A DNA stretch of 64,000 nucleotides from an uncultured Phycisphaerales bacterium (GTDB taxonomy: Bacteria > Planctomycetota > Phycisphaerae > Tepidisphaerales > Tepidisphaeraceae). The stretch spans positions 64,001 to 128,000 of the forward strand of contig CAVWVQ010000005.1 of assembly GCA_963758525.1 (NCBI GenBank). The letters are read 5' to 3'. Position numbers and translations under genes: made by a program. The notes beneath the pieces were generated by a model. That model ran no database searches and was not told the DNA's origin. It saw nothing but the letters and a program-made list of their open reading frames with translations. This document shows, piece by piece, positions 49,720 through 62,643 of this stretch (its first letter is position 1; the number at the start of each line of letters is the position of its first letter).

Positions 49720-50310
49720 GTGCTTGCCTTGATCCTCTATCTTCTGTTGCTGGTCTGCCTCATCGCGGGCCTGGCGATTCTGTTCGTCAACATGCCGGGC
49801 CTCTGGCTGATGGTGCTGGCGGCGGCCGTCTACGCGGTCGTTGCCAAGCCGCCGCTGAATTTCCATCGGCTGGAAATGATTTTCGTCCTGCTCGGCTTGG
49901 CGCTGATGGCGGAAGTCATCGATTTCTTCGCCGCCGGCGCGGGAGCAAAGCGGGCGGGCGGCACCCGCCGCGGATTGTGGGGGGCCATTATCGGAGGGCT
50001 CGCCGGCGCGATCGTGGGGAGCTTTGTGCTGCCGGTGGTGTTCACCTTGGTCGGCGTCTGCATCGGGACATTTCTGGGCGCCTTCCTCGGCGAAGTCAGT
50101 GGCGGGAAAGAGATCGGACAGAGCGTTCGGATCGGCGCGCATGCCACCGCCGGAAGACTGGCCGGCACGCTGCTGAAACTTCTGTTCGGCGTTGTGATGC
50201 TTATCATTACCATGGTGTGGGCGTGGCCCTGGCGGCACCCAGCCGCGGCCGCCGCCGCCTCTCCGCCGACAAGGATGATCGTGCTCCCGGCGACCACGAG
50301 GGCTTCCTAA
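49720..50310 (+). CDS. DUF456-family membrane protein
   Basis: MPGLW, AKRAGGTRRG..GAIIG, GAFLGE, G..LKL; TGnTATAAC upstream. Confidence 0.85.
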   Translation: MLALILYLLLLVCLIAGLAILFVNMPGLWLMVLAAAVYAVVAKPPLNFHRLEMIFVLLGLALMAEVIDFFAAGAGAKRAGGTRRGLWGAIIGGLAGAIVGSFVLPVVFTLVGVCIGTFLGAFLGEVSGGKEIGQSVRIGAHATAGRLAGTLLKLLFGVVMLIITMVWAWPWRHPAAAAAASPPTRMIVLPATTRAS

Positions 50311-50408
50311 ATGACAGACTCATACCGCTACCGAGGCGCCTGGACTCCCCTTCGTGCCTTCGTGCCTCCGGGCCTTTGTGACTCCCTGTCGCCCTTTCCA
50401 AGCACCCT

Positions 50409-53400
50409 ATGAGCGTCACCTTTGTCCTAGGCCGAGCCGGAACCGGAAAGACCCGCCGATGCTTCGACGCCGTCGTCAGCGCCCTGCGCCGATCCGCTCG
50501 GGCCGCCGATCTACTGGATTCTCCCGCGCCAGGCGACCTTCAGCGCCCAGCGCGATCTTGCCTGCTCCTCGGGCCTGGGCGGATTCTGCCGGGCGCGCAT
50601 CGTCGACTTCGCCCAATTCGGCAGGGACGTTTTCGAAAGCTGCGGCGGCGACTCGATCCCCCTCATCACGCCCCTCGGCCGCCAAATGATCCTCGGACAT
50701 CTGCTCCGCAAGCTGGAACCCAGACTGCAGTTGTTCGGTGGCTCGGCGCGGCGGGTGGGATTGGCCGCTCAACTGGATCAGGTCTTTGCGGAGCTCGAAC
50801 GCAGCGGCAAGGGCGCCGAAGAGCTTGCGGCGATGATTCGATCGATTGAAAAGAGTGCCGGCGCCAGCGTCGATGCCAACTCGCTGCTGGCCAAGCTGCG
50901 CGACATCGCGCTGGTGTACGACGAATACAACGCCTATCTCGGTCAGGAACGGCTCGATCAGCATCGCCGGGCCGCGCACGTGCTCGCGTCGATCAAAAAG
51001 TGCGCATTTTTGCGCGAAGCCGAAGTATATGTGGACGGCTTTCTGGAATTCGATGAGAACGATCGGCGGCTCCTCGCAGCGCTGGCAACGACTGTCCGGA
51101 AGATGGAGATCTGCCTGCTGATCCATCCGGCCAGCCCCACGCTCTTCAATCCCCGCCAGGCGCCCGATGAGCTGAATCTGTTCCATCGAACCGAGCAGAC
51201 CTATCGCCGGCTGTATTTGGCGCTGACGGACGCGGGCGCGCAGATTGCGCCGCCAGTCATCTTGAAAGATCCGGCACGATTTGCCGCCAGCGCGAGCCTG
51301 GCGGCGCTGGAGCGCACTTTCGACAGAGACATTGTTCCGGAAACTGCGGTCGACGGCGTCGAATTTCTGGAGGCTTCGGATCGTCGTCCGGAAATGGACG
51401 CCATCGCCCGGCAGATTCGCGCCCTGTGGACGGAAGGATTTCGCCTTCGCGACATTGCCGTCCTCATGCGCGACGTGAAGCAATATCACGGTGCACTGAC
51501 CGAGAGCTTCGGGGAACACGGGATTCCGTTTTTCGTGGACCAGCGGCGCTCCGCGGGGCATCATCCGTTGCTGCGCGTGCTGCGGTCAATCCTGCAGATC
51601 GCCCGCTTCGATTGGCCGACGGACGCGGTTCTCACCCTGATGAAAAGCGGCCTCGCCGGCGTTGGTAACAGCGAGGCTGACGCGGTCGAAAATTATCTTC
51701 TCGGCCATTTCGTTCGCGGCTCAAAGGGATGGTGCAGCTCCGAGCCGTGGGAAGACGAACGTCCGATCCCCATCGACGAAGAGGACGCCGAGGTGATCGC
51801 CAGCTCGGTCGATCGAATTCGCCGCGGGCTTGCAGATCGGCTGGCGCCGTCGATCAAGAAGTTGAGCAGCGCATCGGAGCTGCCATTGCGCGTGATTGCA
51901 TCGGAGATTTTCAACGCCTTTGATGCGCTTGCGCGCAGAAAGCGATCGAAGGATGGATCGCAGCCGCCGGCAAGTCGCATCAGGTCGAGCATGCCGCCGA
52001 GCATCAGCGGGTGTGGGAAGAGCTGGTCAAGCTGTTCGAGGAAATGGTCAGCCTGCTCGGGGACGAGCCGATGTCGCTGGAGCGCTTCAGCGAGGTGACC
52101 GAGTCGGGGCTGGAGGAATTTGATCTGGCGTTGACTCCGCCGACGGTCGATCAGGTGCTGGTCGGACAGGTGGACCGCACGCGCACGCCAGGAGTTCGAG
52201 TCGTCTTTCTGCCAGGCCTGAGCGAAGGGGAATTTCCCGCGGCGCCAAAGGATGGATCGATTCTTTCCGATCGCGAACGGCGCGAGTTGCAACGGCTCAG
52301 CATCGATCTTGACCCCGACACGCGCCGCCGGCTCCTCGATGAGAAACTTCTCGGCTACATCGCGATGACCCGGGCCTCCGAGCGGCTCTATTTATCCAGG
52401 ACAGTGATCGATGTCGGAGGACGACCGGCAAATCCATCCATTTTCTGGGGACGGGCGCGCGAGCTCTTCCCGACGGCTCCGATCCGCGCGACGCAGGCGG
52501 CGTTACCCATCGCGGCAGAGCAGATCGCCACGCCCAGGCAACTGGTCACCTCGCTCATGCGGTGGGCGCGCGACCCCGTATCGGACCAGGCGGAGAACCA
52601 GACCTTTCGATCGCTCTATCAATGGCTGGCGATGCGCCCCGCCAACGACGATGCCATCGACACGGTTCGCTACCGCTCGTGGAAAGCGCTGAGCTACGCG
52701 AACACCTCTGAGCTGTCGGCAGAAATGCGCGGACGCCTGTTCCCAGCTCCGCTGACCGCCAGCGCTTCCCAGTTGGAGATGTTTGCCCGATGCCCGTTCA
52801 GCCATTTCCTGCGTTATGGCCTGCGCCTTCGACCCCGGCAGCGCCAGCAAATAGGGCACTCGGAATTGGCGGGGCTCTATTCGCGGCTTCTCGCCAAGCT
52901 GGTGGACCGCGCCATTCGGGCCAGACGTGCCTGGGATGGCCCCGAAGCGCCCATCGACGCCGACGCCATCGACTCGTGCCTGTCGGAAGTGGATGACGTG
53001 CTCACCACGCACCTGGCGCAGCAGCGGCGCGGGGGAAATATCTGATGGATCGCACGCGCAAGACGCTGGTGGAATTTCTCGCGTCGCAGCGCGAGGTGAT
53101 GCAGCATAGCCGATTCCGTCCGGCGTTTGCCGATCTTCGTTTCGGGTCCGGGTCCCGCGTGCCGGCCCTTGAGGTGACCTCGGAAAAGGGGACGCAACTG
53201 TCGGTGCAGGGGCGGATCGATCGCGTCGATCTGCTGGCGGGGGGCCGGGAGGCGGCGGTGATGACCTACCGGCTGAAAGCCACGCAACTCTCGCTCGACA
53301 GCGTCTATCACGGTTTGTCGCTGCAGTTGCTCACATCGCTGCTGGTCCTCAGGGCCAACGGTGCGCAACTTGCCGGCGTCCCGCTCGGCGCGGCAGGAGC

Positions 53401-53872
53401 GTTTGCGCTGCAGGTGCCGCGGTCTATTGAGCGAGTCGATCATCCCGACGATGCGCTCTCGCCCGACGATCCCGGTTTTCATCTGGCGTCCAAGCCGCGC
53501 GGGATTTTTTCGCTCCGGCAGCTTGGGCAGTTCGATCGCGACTTCCAAACCGGCAGGTCCGACGTGCTGCAGGTCTATGTGAAAAAGGACGGCGAAGTGG
53601 GATCGCCAACCTATTCTGACGTGGCCGACGAAGTGGAGTTCGAAGCGCTGCTGAAATACGTCGAACGGCAGCTTGGAAAATTGGCCGACCGGATTTCCGC
53701 CGGGGATATCGCCATCGCGCCCTATCGCATGGGGAACAGATCGCCGTGCGCCTATTGCAGCTATCAGAGCGTCTGCCGATTTCATGTCACCACCAATCGC
53801 TACCGCAAATTGAGCAGCAGCGGGCGCAGCGGCGTGCTGTCGCTGCTGCGGGAGGGCGCCGATGGCGATTGA
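50409..53872 (+). CDS. addB: ATP-dependent helicase/nuclease subunit B; about three frameshifts (near 50490, 51935, 53030)
   Basis: GRAGTGKT, VDGF, YIAMTRAS, SASQLE..ARCPF, GRIDRVD, CAYCSYQSVC (Fe-S cysteines). Confidence 0.9.
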
Positions 53873-56800
53873 GGGCACTCAACCCAAATGGACGGATGCG
53901 CAGCGAAAGGCAATTGACACGGTCGACAGCAGTTTGCTCGTTTCCGCCGCCGCCGGTTCGGGGAAAACGTCGGTGCTGGCGGAGCGATGCGTGCATCTGG
54001 TCTCCGACGCCCAGTCGCCCTGTGACGTGGACGAATTGCTGGTGGTGACCTTTACCGACGCGGCCGCGGCGCAGATGAAGTCTCGCATCGGCGAATCGCT
54101 CCGCCGCCGCGCGGCGCGATCGCCATCAGATCGACTGACCCGTCAGCTCGCCCTGGTCGATCACGCGCAAGTCAGCACGCTGCACGGCTTCTGTGCCCGG
54201 GTTCTGCGGCAGAACTTTCATCTGGCCGGAATCGATCCCGCGTTCCGCATCCTCGACAGCGAAGAAGCCTTTCTGTTGCGATCGGAAACCGCGCGCGAAC
54301 TGCTGCGCGACAGCTATGACGCGGGCGACGCCGCCGCTTTCGGGCGGTTTCTCGACGCCTACTGCGAGGGGGACGATCAGCGCCTGGTGAAGCTGATCGT
54401 CAAAACCCATGAAATGCTCTGCAGCCTCATCGATCCCAACAAGTGGATGCGCGAAGCAAAACAGCGCCACGTGCAGGCTTCCAGGGGGAAGCTGGCGGAC
54501 TCGGAGCTGGGAAAGGAACTGCATGCGTGGATTGCGCGCGGCTTTTCCGAACTGCGGGAGCAATGCGATGCCGGCCTGAGGCAATTGCGCGGCTTGCGCG
54601 GATTTTCGATGTATGAAAACGACATCGCCACGAATCTGATCCCGTTGATACGGCACTGGCAGCGGGTGTTTGCCTCTGACGGACTGGACGCGCTGGCGGA
54701 GGAAGTGGCGGTCGAGCTTCCGCGGCTGCCAGGCGTGTCGAACGCGATCGCTGGGAAAGACGTGGCCAAGTCGGTTGTCGATACGATTCGAAACCAGATG
54801 AAGAAGGGGGCCTGGCGCGACGTGCTGGCTTTCAAGACGGCACAGTGGCAGCAGGGCCTGCTTGAGACGCTCCCGTACGCGAAGACATTTCTCGATCTCG
54901 TCGGGCAATTTGCCCGCCGGTATCGCAGCGCAAAGGACGCGGAACGGGCGCTGGACTTTGCCGATCTGGAACGGCATACGCTGCGGGTGCTTTCCGACAA
55001 GGGCAAGCCATCCGCGACGGCGTTGGCTTACCACCGGCGCTTTGCGCACGTGCTTGTCGATGAATATCAGGATATCAACGAATTGCAGGACGAAATTCTT
55101 TCGCTGGTGAGTCACGAGCGCGCAGAGGCACGATCGAACATGCCGGCGAATTTGTTCTGCGTGGGTGACGTCAAGCAGAGCATTTACCGCTTCCGTCTTG
55201 CGGAGCCGGGGCGATTTTTGAAGAAGGAGAAGGAACTTCGCGCCGGCGGGCTCTGGGGCGGCCAAGTGATCGACTTGCAGGAGAATTTCCGGAGCCGCGG
55301 GCCGCTGCTGGAGGCAATCAATGGCGTCTTCGAGCGGCTGATGACTCGCGAGGCAGCCGACATTTCCTATGACACGTCGCATCGCCTCGTGCCCATGCAA
55401 GAATATCCGCCGGATCAGGGCGGGCGCGGTTTTCGCGGGGCGCCGATTGAATTGCACCTGGTCGCAAAAATCGGCGATACAGACCAGAGCGAGGATGACG
55501 ACGGTTCCGAGCCGGATCGCACCGAGCGGGAGGGGATTCTGGTCGCCCGGCGAATTCGCCAGTTGATGGGCATGGAGCCGGGGACGCAGCCGATGCTGGT
55601 TGCCGACACTGGCCCTGACGGCTCGAAGATGCTCCGCCCGATCCGGTTTTCCGACATCGTCATTTTGCTGCGGACGATGAAATTCAAAGCCGAGCAGTTT
55701 GCCCGCATGCTGGCCGACGCGGACGTTCCCGTGCATGCCGACAGCGTCACCGGCTACTTCGAGTCGATGGAGGTGCGCGACATGCTCGCGCTGCTTCACC
55801 TGCTGGACAACCTCCAGCAGGACATTCCGCTGGCGACGCTGCTGCGCAGCCCGCTGGCTGGGCTGCCCGCGCCGGAGGACGCAATGGCGCGCATCCGCGT
55901 GGCCTATCCCCCCAGCTCCACGGGCGATGTGCCGTTCCATCAGGCGGTCGTGCGTTACTCAGCCGAAAAGGACGATGAGCTGGCGGCGCATCTGCGTGAT
56001 CTGTTGCAGGCCGTGAAAGGTTGCGCGACACGGCGCAACGCCGCCCGCTCGATGAACTGCTCTGGGACATCTACCAGCAGACGGGATTTCTCGCCTTCTG
56101 CGAGGGGCTTTCCAATGGAGCACAGCGTGTCGCCAACCTGCAGTTGTTGCGGCAGAAAGCGACGCAGTTCGGCACCTTCGGCCGCCAGGGATTGGCCCGT
56201 TTTCTGGAGCTGCTTGAATCGCTCCGCGAAGAGGCGGATCTCGGATTGCCCTCGACCGCGACTGCCGCGCAGGATGTCGTGCGAATCATGAGCGTCCATC
56301 GCTCCAAGGGCCTGGAATTTCCCGTCGTCTTCGTCCCGGATCTGGGGAAGGGAATCAATCTCGACGACTGCCGCGGGATGATTCTGACCGACCGGCAGTT
56401 TGGACTGGGGCTCAACGTGGTGGATCAGGCGCGGTTCATTCACTACCCATCCCTCGCTTCCACGCTGGTTCGCAACCGCCTGAGGCAGCAGGCGATGGCG
56501 GAGGAACTGCGGGTGCTTTACGTCGCGATGACCCGCGCCAAGGAGCATCTGGTGATGATGGGAACCGCCAGCGACAAGGCCCTGGACTATCTCATCTCAC
56601 GCTGGGCGGGCCATCGCGGCAAATTCCCCGCCGACCATATTCTCGGCGTCAACTCCATGCTCCAATGGCTTGTGTCGGTGGCCTCGGCCAGCAGCTCGCT
56701 GACGCCCGCGATTTTCGAACTGCATCGCTATCCCGTTGAAGATGTCGCTGCCTTGCGCAGCGAGGCCGATCGAAGGGCGGCGTTGACGCCCGAGGAAATT

Positions 56801-57544
56801 GCGATCGCTCGCCTCGAGCCCTTGCACGATATTGCTGGCACTACATCCAGCGCCGATCGCATCATCAGCCGGCTTGAGGCGAAGTATCCATTTGAGCGAT
56901 TTACGAAAGTCCCCGCCGCCCAATCGGTGACCGGGCATATGCAGACATCGGAGAGCGACGCTCCCTCCCTCCGCTCCGCGCATGGCGCGCCGCTGGAGAA
57001 GGCGCTGGAACGGCCCGCATTTCTGTTCGAGCAGACGCCGATCTCAGCCACCGAGCGCGGGACCGCGACGCATCTGGTCCTGCAGCATCTGGACTTTGCC
57101 GCTCCCTGCGACGAGGCGGATGTCGAACGGCAGATCAATGAGATGATCGCCCGTCGCGTGATGTCCGAAGCGGAGGCCGGTGCCGTCGATCGCAACGCAC
57201 TGGTCTGGTTCCTGGAGAGCGAGATCGGGAAACGGCTGAAACGCCATGCCGGGCAGATTCGCCGGGAGATTCCGGTCTATTTCACGCTCGATGGGGCGGG
57301 GGTTGATCCGATCGATCAGCCCATGATCCGCGGCCGGCTCGATCTGCTGCTGCCGCTGGACGACGGTCACTTGATTGTCGATTACAAAACCGATGCCGTG
57401 AATGCGTCATCCATTCATTCGTGCGCCGACGAATACCGGCCGCAGATGGAGCTGTATCGGCAGGCGATCGAGCGCATCACGCTCCGGCCCGTGCGCGAAG
57501 TTCACCTAGTGTTTCTCTCGGCGCGAAGCATCATTGTTCAATAG
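53862..57544 (+). CDS. addA: ATP-dependent helicase/nuclease subunit A; frameshift near 56015
   Basis: WTDAQ, SAAAGSGKT, VDEYQD, VGDVKQSIYRFR, NFRS, HRSKGLEF, YVAMTRA, IVDYKTD. Confidence 0.94.
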
Positions 57545-57556
57545 TTGAACCGCGCC

Positions 57557-60129
57557 TCACTTGATCTGCAGGAGCTCCTCGGCGGTCCACTCCGCGTCGC
57601 CGCGGCCGGCGGTTTCCTCGCGGATTTGCTTCACCGTTGCAACGTCGATCGGATTTGCTTCGTGTCCCCATTCGCGCCGAAGATACGTCAGTGCCGAAGC
57701 GATTTGCTCGTCCGTGAGCACCTTCAGCCCGGGCATTTCCAGATCGATCGATTTCTTCCCGACGGTGATCGGCCCATGCAGACCGTTGAGAACGATCCGA
57801 ACCGGCCGGCTCTGCGGCCCCAGCAGCCAGGAACTGTCGACCAGCGGGGGCGCGGTCCCTGCCATCCCCAGCCCCGAGGGTTGGTGGCATGAGGCGCAGA
57901 TCTGCCCGAAGACCACCCGCCCCTTCTCGAAGAGGTCCTGTTGCGCAGAGGTGAGCGGCGTCAGCGGAGGCGTCGTGTCGCCCGGCTTGCCCGGCCAGCT
58001 CATCACCGCCATCACGCGCTTCGCCGGATTGCTGATTTTTCTGTCAGCATTGGCAACGAGATCGCCTAGTCCCTTCGGTTCATCCGGCATGCGCAGATGG
58101 CGGGCCACCATGTGGCTCTTGGGATCGGGCGCTACCGCGTCGGCGATTCCCGCCAGCATCGCCTCCTGCGCCGCTTTGGCCTCGGCCGGCTGCAGCGAAA
58201 TGAGCGTAATGAGTTGCGAGATGCGCGGGGTTGCGCCCGCGGAGCACGCAGTCCGAAAGCTCCTTCAATAAATTCATTTTCCCCGGCGTCTCCTCCGAGA
58301 AGGCCTTGCCGCTCAGAAGCTGCTGCAGAAATTCCAGCTCCCGCCCGGTGGCGCCGTTGATGGCGGCGGCGCGGAACATCGCATCGGACATATGGCCCGC
58401 GAGGATCTGCGACGCGGCCGATTGCACATCCGGCATATCTGGCGCGGCCAGCGCCAGCACCTCCAGTTGAACCGCCGGATCGGGATCGTTGACCAGGCCT
58501 GCCATCGCCTTGATCAGAGCGGGCCCGCTGCGCTTGCGGATCATTGATTCCCCGGCCCGCAATGCAGTCAGCCGGACGCGCGCGTCGGAGTCCTTCGTCG
58601 CGTCGGCGGCGATACCATCCTCCAGCGAATCGATCCCCTCCAGTGTCCAGAGGGCGTGCACCTTGGCGATTGCCGGTGTCTGCGGGGATGCGCTGGCGAC
58701 GATCTTTTCCAGCAGCGGGGAAACGCGCATGTCATGCCGCTCCACGATCAGCCGCTGGGCGGTGTCGCGAAACCAACCGTTCGGATTGGCGAGTTGCTTT
58801 ACCAACTCGTCAGACGTTGCCTTGGCAAGCAGCGGCATGGCGCCGGGCTTTGCGCCGTCGGCCGAGATGCGCCAGATCCGCCCGCGATGTCCCTTGTTGT
58901 CCGCCAGGTCGCGCTTCTGGATCTGGTCCTGCAGATAGGCGCTGATGTAGGTCTTGTGCTGCAGAATCCCGTGATACAGATCGACGACATAGAGAGCGCC
59001 GTCGGGACCGCTGGAAAGACTGACCGGGCGGAATCGCTCGTCGGTCGAGGTGAGAAAATCAATCCCGTCGTGACGCACGCCTTGTGCGGTGATCTCGATG
59101 CCGTTTTGCGACAACGCCTGGCACGAGACGAGATTGCCGGCCGGCTCGCAGATGAACGCACTGCCCCGATACTCGGCGGGAAAAGCGTCGCCGCGATAGA
59201 TCGTCGGACTGCAGGAAGCGGTGGGGCGTTGCAGCTTGCCGTTCAGATCCAAATCCTCGGTATATCCGCGATTAACGCCCGGATTGACACGCGACGGATA
59301 GGTCTTGTTCGCCGCGATCAGAACGTTCAACCCCGGCGGCGAATCGAGGAACGGATTGACGCTCATGTCCTCGGCTGGGAGCAGGTCGCAGCGAAGCAGA
59401 TTGCTGTTGTTGTTGTAAAACAGATGCCCGGCATCGTCCTGTGAGATGCCGTACTGGCCCCGCATGATCGTTCCCTCGCGATGAAACTTGCGGGCGAGAA
59501 AGTTGAAGCGGGTGCCCCAGTCGGCGTCGTAATACCAGTTGTCGATCGACCGCATCAGCCCGTTGGGATCGTATTCCACATCGAGCTTGCGCAGTCCGAA
59601 GTCGGAGAAGAGCAGCGTTTTCTGATCGGCTTGGCCCGTGCCTTTGGTGTCCTGGCAGAGCCAGAGATTCGGCGGCTCGCCGATCAGCACGTCTTTGCCG
59701 GCCAATCCAACCGCGCGGAGCGACCAGCTTATCCGCGAAGATCGTGCTCTTATCGTATTTCCAGTTGCGGGCGGAACTGTCCAGCAGGGAAACGCGCCCG
59801 ACGGGATCGAGCTCACCAGTGTCGGCAAAGTCGGGCATGTAGCCGCGCATTTCGACGACATACATGCGTCCGTCCGCGTCGAAGGTGATCGCCACCGGCT
59901 CTTCGACCATCGGCTCCGATGCCACCAGTTCGATATGAAAGCCGGGCGGAAGCTTGAAGGTTGCAAGCTCCTCTTGGGGCGTTCGCACCGGCGCAGGCGG
60001 GATGACGGCGATATGGTATTTTGGCCGCTGCTTCGACAGGTCGCCTCCGGAGGGCCCGGCCGCCAACTTCACCGCCATCGCGGCCAGCACGCAGCAACCT
60101 GCCGCCAGCAAGAACCACCGCTTTTTCAT
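57557..60129 (-). CDS. PVC-type membrane-bound dehydrogenase / HEAT / c-type heme (CxxCH) protein; two frameshifts
   Basis: FKLPPGFHIELVASEP, FRPV..GPDGALYVVD, GRIWRI, HALWTL, CASCH. Confidence 0.87.
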
Positions 60130-60144
60130 AATGAACACTCCACC

Positions 60145-61077
60145 TTAATGCTGACGGCCCATGATCAGCAGGGCGATCGTCAGAACCTCGAGAAAGATTG
60201 CGAATTGCAGCACAACGCCGATGTCCGGGTAGCCGCGCATCCACCCGACGAACAGTGCCGCCAGCGCGATCACCTGCACGATGCCCGCGAGCAATTTCGT
60301 AATCGAAAACTCGCTGTGCGGCTGCTCGCGGCCGCGACGAACTTCCTGCAGAATCTGCTGGGCAAGCGCGTCCATCCGGTCGATCAGCGCAGCCGATCCC
60401 TCTGATGGCGACGACGCGGGCGCCATATCGAGGTTGGAAACCTCGGCTTTCGTTGGCGCTGGAGGCGGCGGCCGGGTATCGACAATTGCGGGAATATCGG
60501 ATCGCGTTTGCATTTCGATGATGGCCATCGCCGCCAGAAGCGAGTCGACCTCATAGTCCGCGGTCACCGCCGAATGTGCGCTGGCCGCGGGCGATGTGAG
60601 CAGCTTCGGATCCTTGAACAAAATGGTTCGGCAGCCGACCGCATCACCCGCCTCAATATCCCGCGGGGCGTCTCCAACCACCCAGCTGCGCGACAGGTCC
60701 AACGCCAGGCGCTGAGCCGCCTGCAGAATCATTCCAGGCTTTGGCTTGCGCAGATCGCTTTCCTTGCGATACGCCTCGACCTTCGCTTCCGGATGAAACG
60801 GACAATACTCGTGACGATCGATCACCGCCGCCGGATTCTGATCCAGCAGCAGCTCATCGAGCCGCGCATTGACGGCATGCACGCTCTCCTCGGTAAACAT
60901 GCCGCGCGCTACACCGCTCTGATTGGTAAATACCACCGTTGCATAGCCGAGTTGTCGCGCTCGCGCGATCGCGTCAGCCGCGCCGTCGATCAAGACTACT
61001 TTCTCGGGATCCCCCAGATATCCGTCGCTGACAATGAGGGTATTATCCCGATCAAAGAAAACCGCCGGTCGTTTCAT
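60145..61077 (-). CDS. gmhB: GmhB/HisB-like HAD-IIIA phosphatase with C-terminal TM extension
   Basis: AVFFDRDNTL, TNQSG, CPFHP, RKPKPGM, VGD..RD. Confidence 0.85.
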   Translation of the reverse strand: MKRPAVFFDRDNTLIVSDGYLGDPEKVVLIDGAADAIARARQLGYATVVFTNQSGVARGMFTEESVHAVNARLDELLLDQNPAAVIDRHEYCPFHPEAKVEAYRKESDLRKPKPGMILQAAQRLALDLSRSWVVGDAPRDIEAGDAVGCRTILFKDPKLLTSPAASAHSAVTADYEVDSLLAAMAIIEMQTRSDIPAIVDTRPPPPAPTKAEVSNLDMAPASSPSEGSAALIDRMDALAQQILQEVRRGREQPHSEFSITKLLAGIVQVIALAALFVGWMRGYPDIGVVLQFAIFLEVLTIALLIMGRQH

Positions 61078-61144
61078 GTGTTCGGTATCATCCGACGATG
61101 ACGGGTGGTTGTCGAGCGCATTCCGCGTTCTAACAGAGCCGCCG

Positions 61145-61170
61145 GTAGCCGCGGATGTACATCCGCGGCT
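61145..61170 (+). repeat. GTAG REP, CCGCGGATGTACATCCGCGG family
   Basis: GTAG-CCGCGGATGTACATCCGCGG-CT. Confidence 0.8.
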
Positions 61171-61243
61171 TCTGTCCGCTGCTCCGCTGCACTTGGACGT
61201 GCGACGATCCGGAGATGCATTTGCGTCCACCAATCCCACTAAA

Positions 61244-61726
61244 ATGAATCTTCCCGCGCACCGTTTCAGTCTCGCTCTGTTCCACCCGCAGATCGCGCCC
61301 AACACTGGGAACATTTCACGTCTGTGCGTCGCCACCGGAACCTCTCTGCACCTGGTCCGGCCCCTGGGCTTTGTGCTCTCCGACCGCAATCTCCGCCGCA
61401 GCGCGATGGATTACTGGCCGCGCCTCAAGCTGACGATGCACGACGACGCCGGCAGTTTCTTTGCATGCATGCAGCAAACGCCGATGTGGTTTTTTACCAG
61501 CAAGGCGGACCGATCGCTGTGGGATACCACCTTTACCGACGGTGACTGCCTGGTCTTTGGAAATGAAACTCAAGGCTTGCCGGAATCACTGATAGCGACA
61601 AATCGAGACCGGGCCGTGCGGATTCCGCAATCCCCCGGAGAACGATGCCTGAATCTCTCGACGGCGGCCGGGATCGGTTTGTACGAGGCGCTGCGGAGAT
61701 GCGGAGAAATCGGTGGATCTGGCTAA
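61244..61726 (+). CDS. trmL: tRNA (cytidine/uridine 34)-2'-O-methyltransferase
   Basis: PQIAPNTGNI.R, LHLVRPLGF, RRSAMDYW, FGNETQGLP, LNLS. Confidence 0.93.
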   Translation: MNLPAHRFSLALFHPQIAPNTGNISRLCVATGTSLHLVRPLGFVLSDRNLRRSAMDYWPRLKLTMHDDAGSFFACMQQTPMWFFTSKADRSLWDTTFTDGDCLVFGNETQGLPESLIATNRDRAVRIPQSPGERCLNLSTAAGIGLYEALRRCGEIGGSG

Positions 61727-62505
61727 TCGGAATCAAAAATCCCGTTGGGATCCACCTGCAGCACCACCCCCGAATCCGCGCACACGGCGGTCAGCCGGCC
61801 CCGCGGTCCGAGGCACGCTCCCGTGTCAGTCAGCACGATCTGCGGCCCGCGCATCGGCACGTTGACGTTCGGATCGTAATTGATCACCGGCGTATGTCCG
61901 AAATATCCCGTGCGTCTCCATGCTTTGGGATTGGCGATTTCCTCGGGCGAATAACGGCCCCACAACAGCCGGTGGCGGGCGCGATTGTCGTTCTCCAGCG
62001 TCTTGGCCAGGTCGTCGGGAGCGTCAATGTTCCACATCGCGTGGGCGACGAAGATGTCGTCGAACTCGGCGAAAGGGAGCAGCGAACGCATGAACCTTCG
62101 ATGCGAAGGGGGCACCGCGCCCAGCATCAGCGCCAGCCGCTGCGGATTTGGACGGCGTATCAGATTCTCGATGTCAGAAGGGTTGATCCGGTAACTGGTC
62201 AGCGTCGTCTTGAGCCCGTGCTGTGAGAACCAGCGGAACGCGGTGAGCGAATCGGGCGTTTTCTCATCGTTGACGTAACATTCCCCGTTGAGCACAAGAT
62301 CGAAAACGTCGTCATGGTTGCCGCGGAGGAAGATCGCGTCGTCCAGCGAGAGCAGCAACTCAATCACCCGCGCCGAGTCCGGCCCGCGGTTGACGTAGTC
62401 GCCGGCAAAGATGAACTTCGGATTCCAGTCGTGCGCCCGAATCGACACGAGCAGCGTTTCCAGCGGCCGAAGCATTCCGTGAATGTCGCCAATAATCCAA
62501 CGCAT
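61723..62505 (-). CDS. Metallophosphoesterase (PPP/ApaH-like)
   Basis: GDIHG, GDYVNRG, RGNHD, GHTP, DTGA. Confidence 0.9.
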   Translation of the reverse strand: MRWIIGDIHGMLRPLETLLVSIRAHDWNPKFIFAGDYVNRGPDSARVIELLLSLDDAIFLRGNHDDVFDLVLNGECYVNDEKTPDSLTAFRWFSQHGLKTTLTSYRINPSDIENLIRRPNPQRLALMLGAVPPSHRRFMRSLLPFAEFDDIFVAHAMWNIDAPDDLAKTLENDNRARHRLLWGRYSPEEIANPKAWRRTGYFGHTPVINYDPNVNVPMRGPQIVLTDTGACLGPRGRLTAVCADSGVVLQVDPNGIFDSD

Positions 62506-62538
62506 CGATGACCCTGCTCGCTGAAGCGCGCCCGCAAA

Positions 62539-62566
62539 CCGTTTAGCGGCCGCCCGGAGGGCCGCG
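62539..62566 (+). repeat. CCGTTTAGCG-type REP
   Basis: CCGTTTAGCG-GCCGCCC-GGA-GGGCCGC; related copy on - at 28101-28128. Confidence 0.55.
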
Positions 62567-62643
62567 GAATCGTACCCGCACATGCTCGCGCACGTTCGCG
62601 AACGTTCATGCACGTGCAGTATACTGATCTAAAAGGAGCGTCA

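Noticed and set aside
54126..55940. 604-aa minus-strand ORF
   Set aside because: Antisense shadow of addA
50409..57544. addAB as pseudogenes or a defence helicase-nuclease system
   Set aside because: Motifs are intact and the addB-addA order is canonical; frame breaks are best explained by sequencing error
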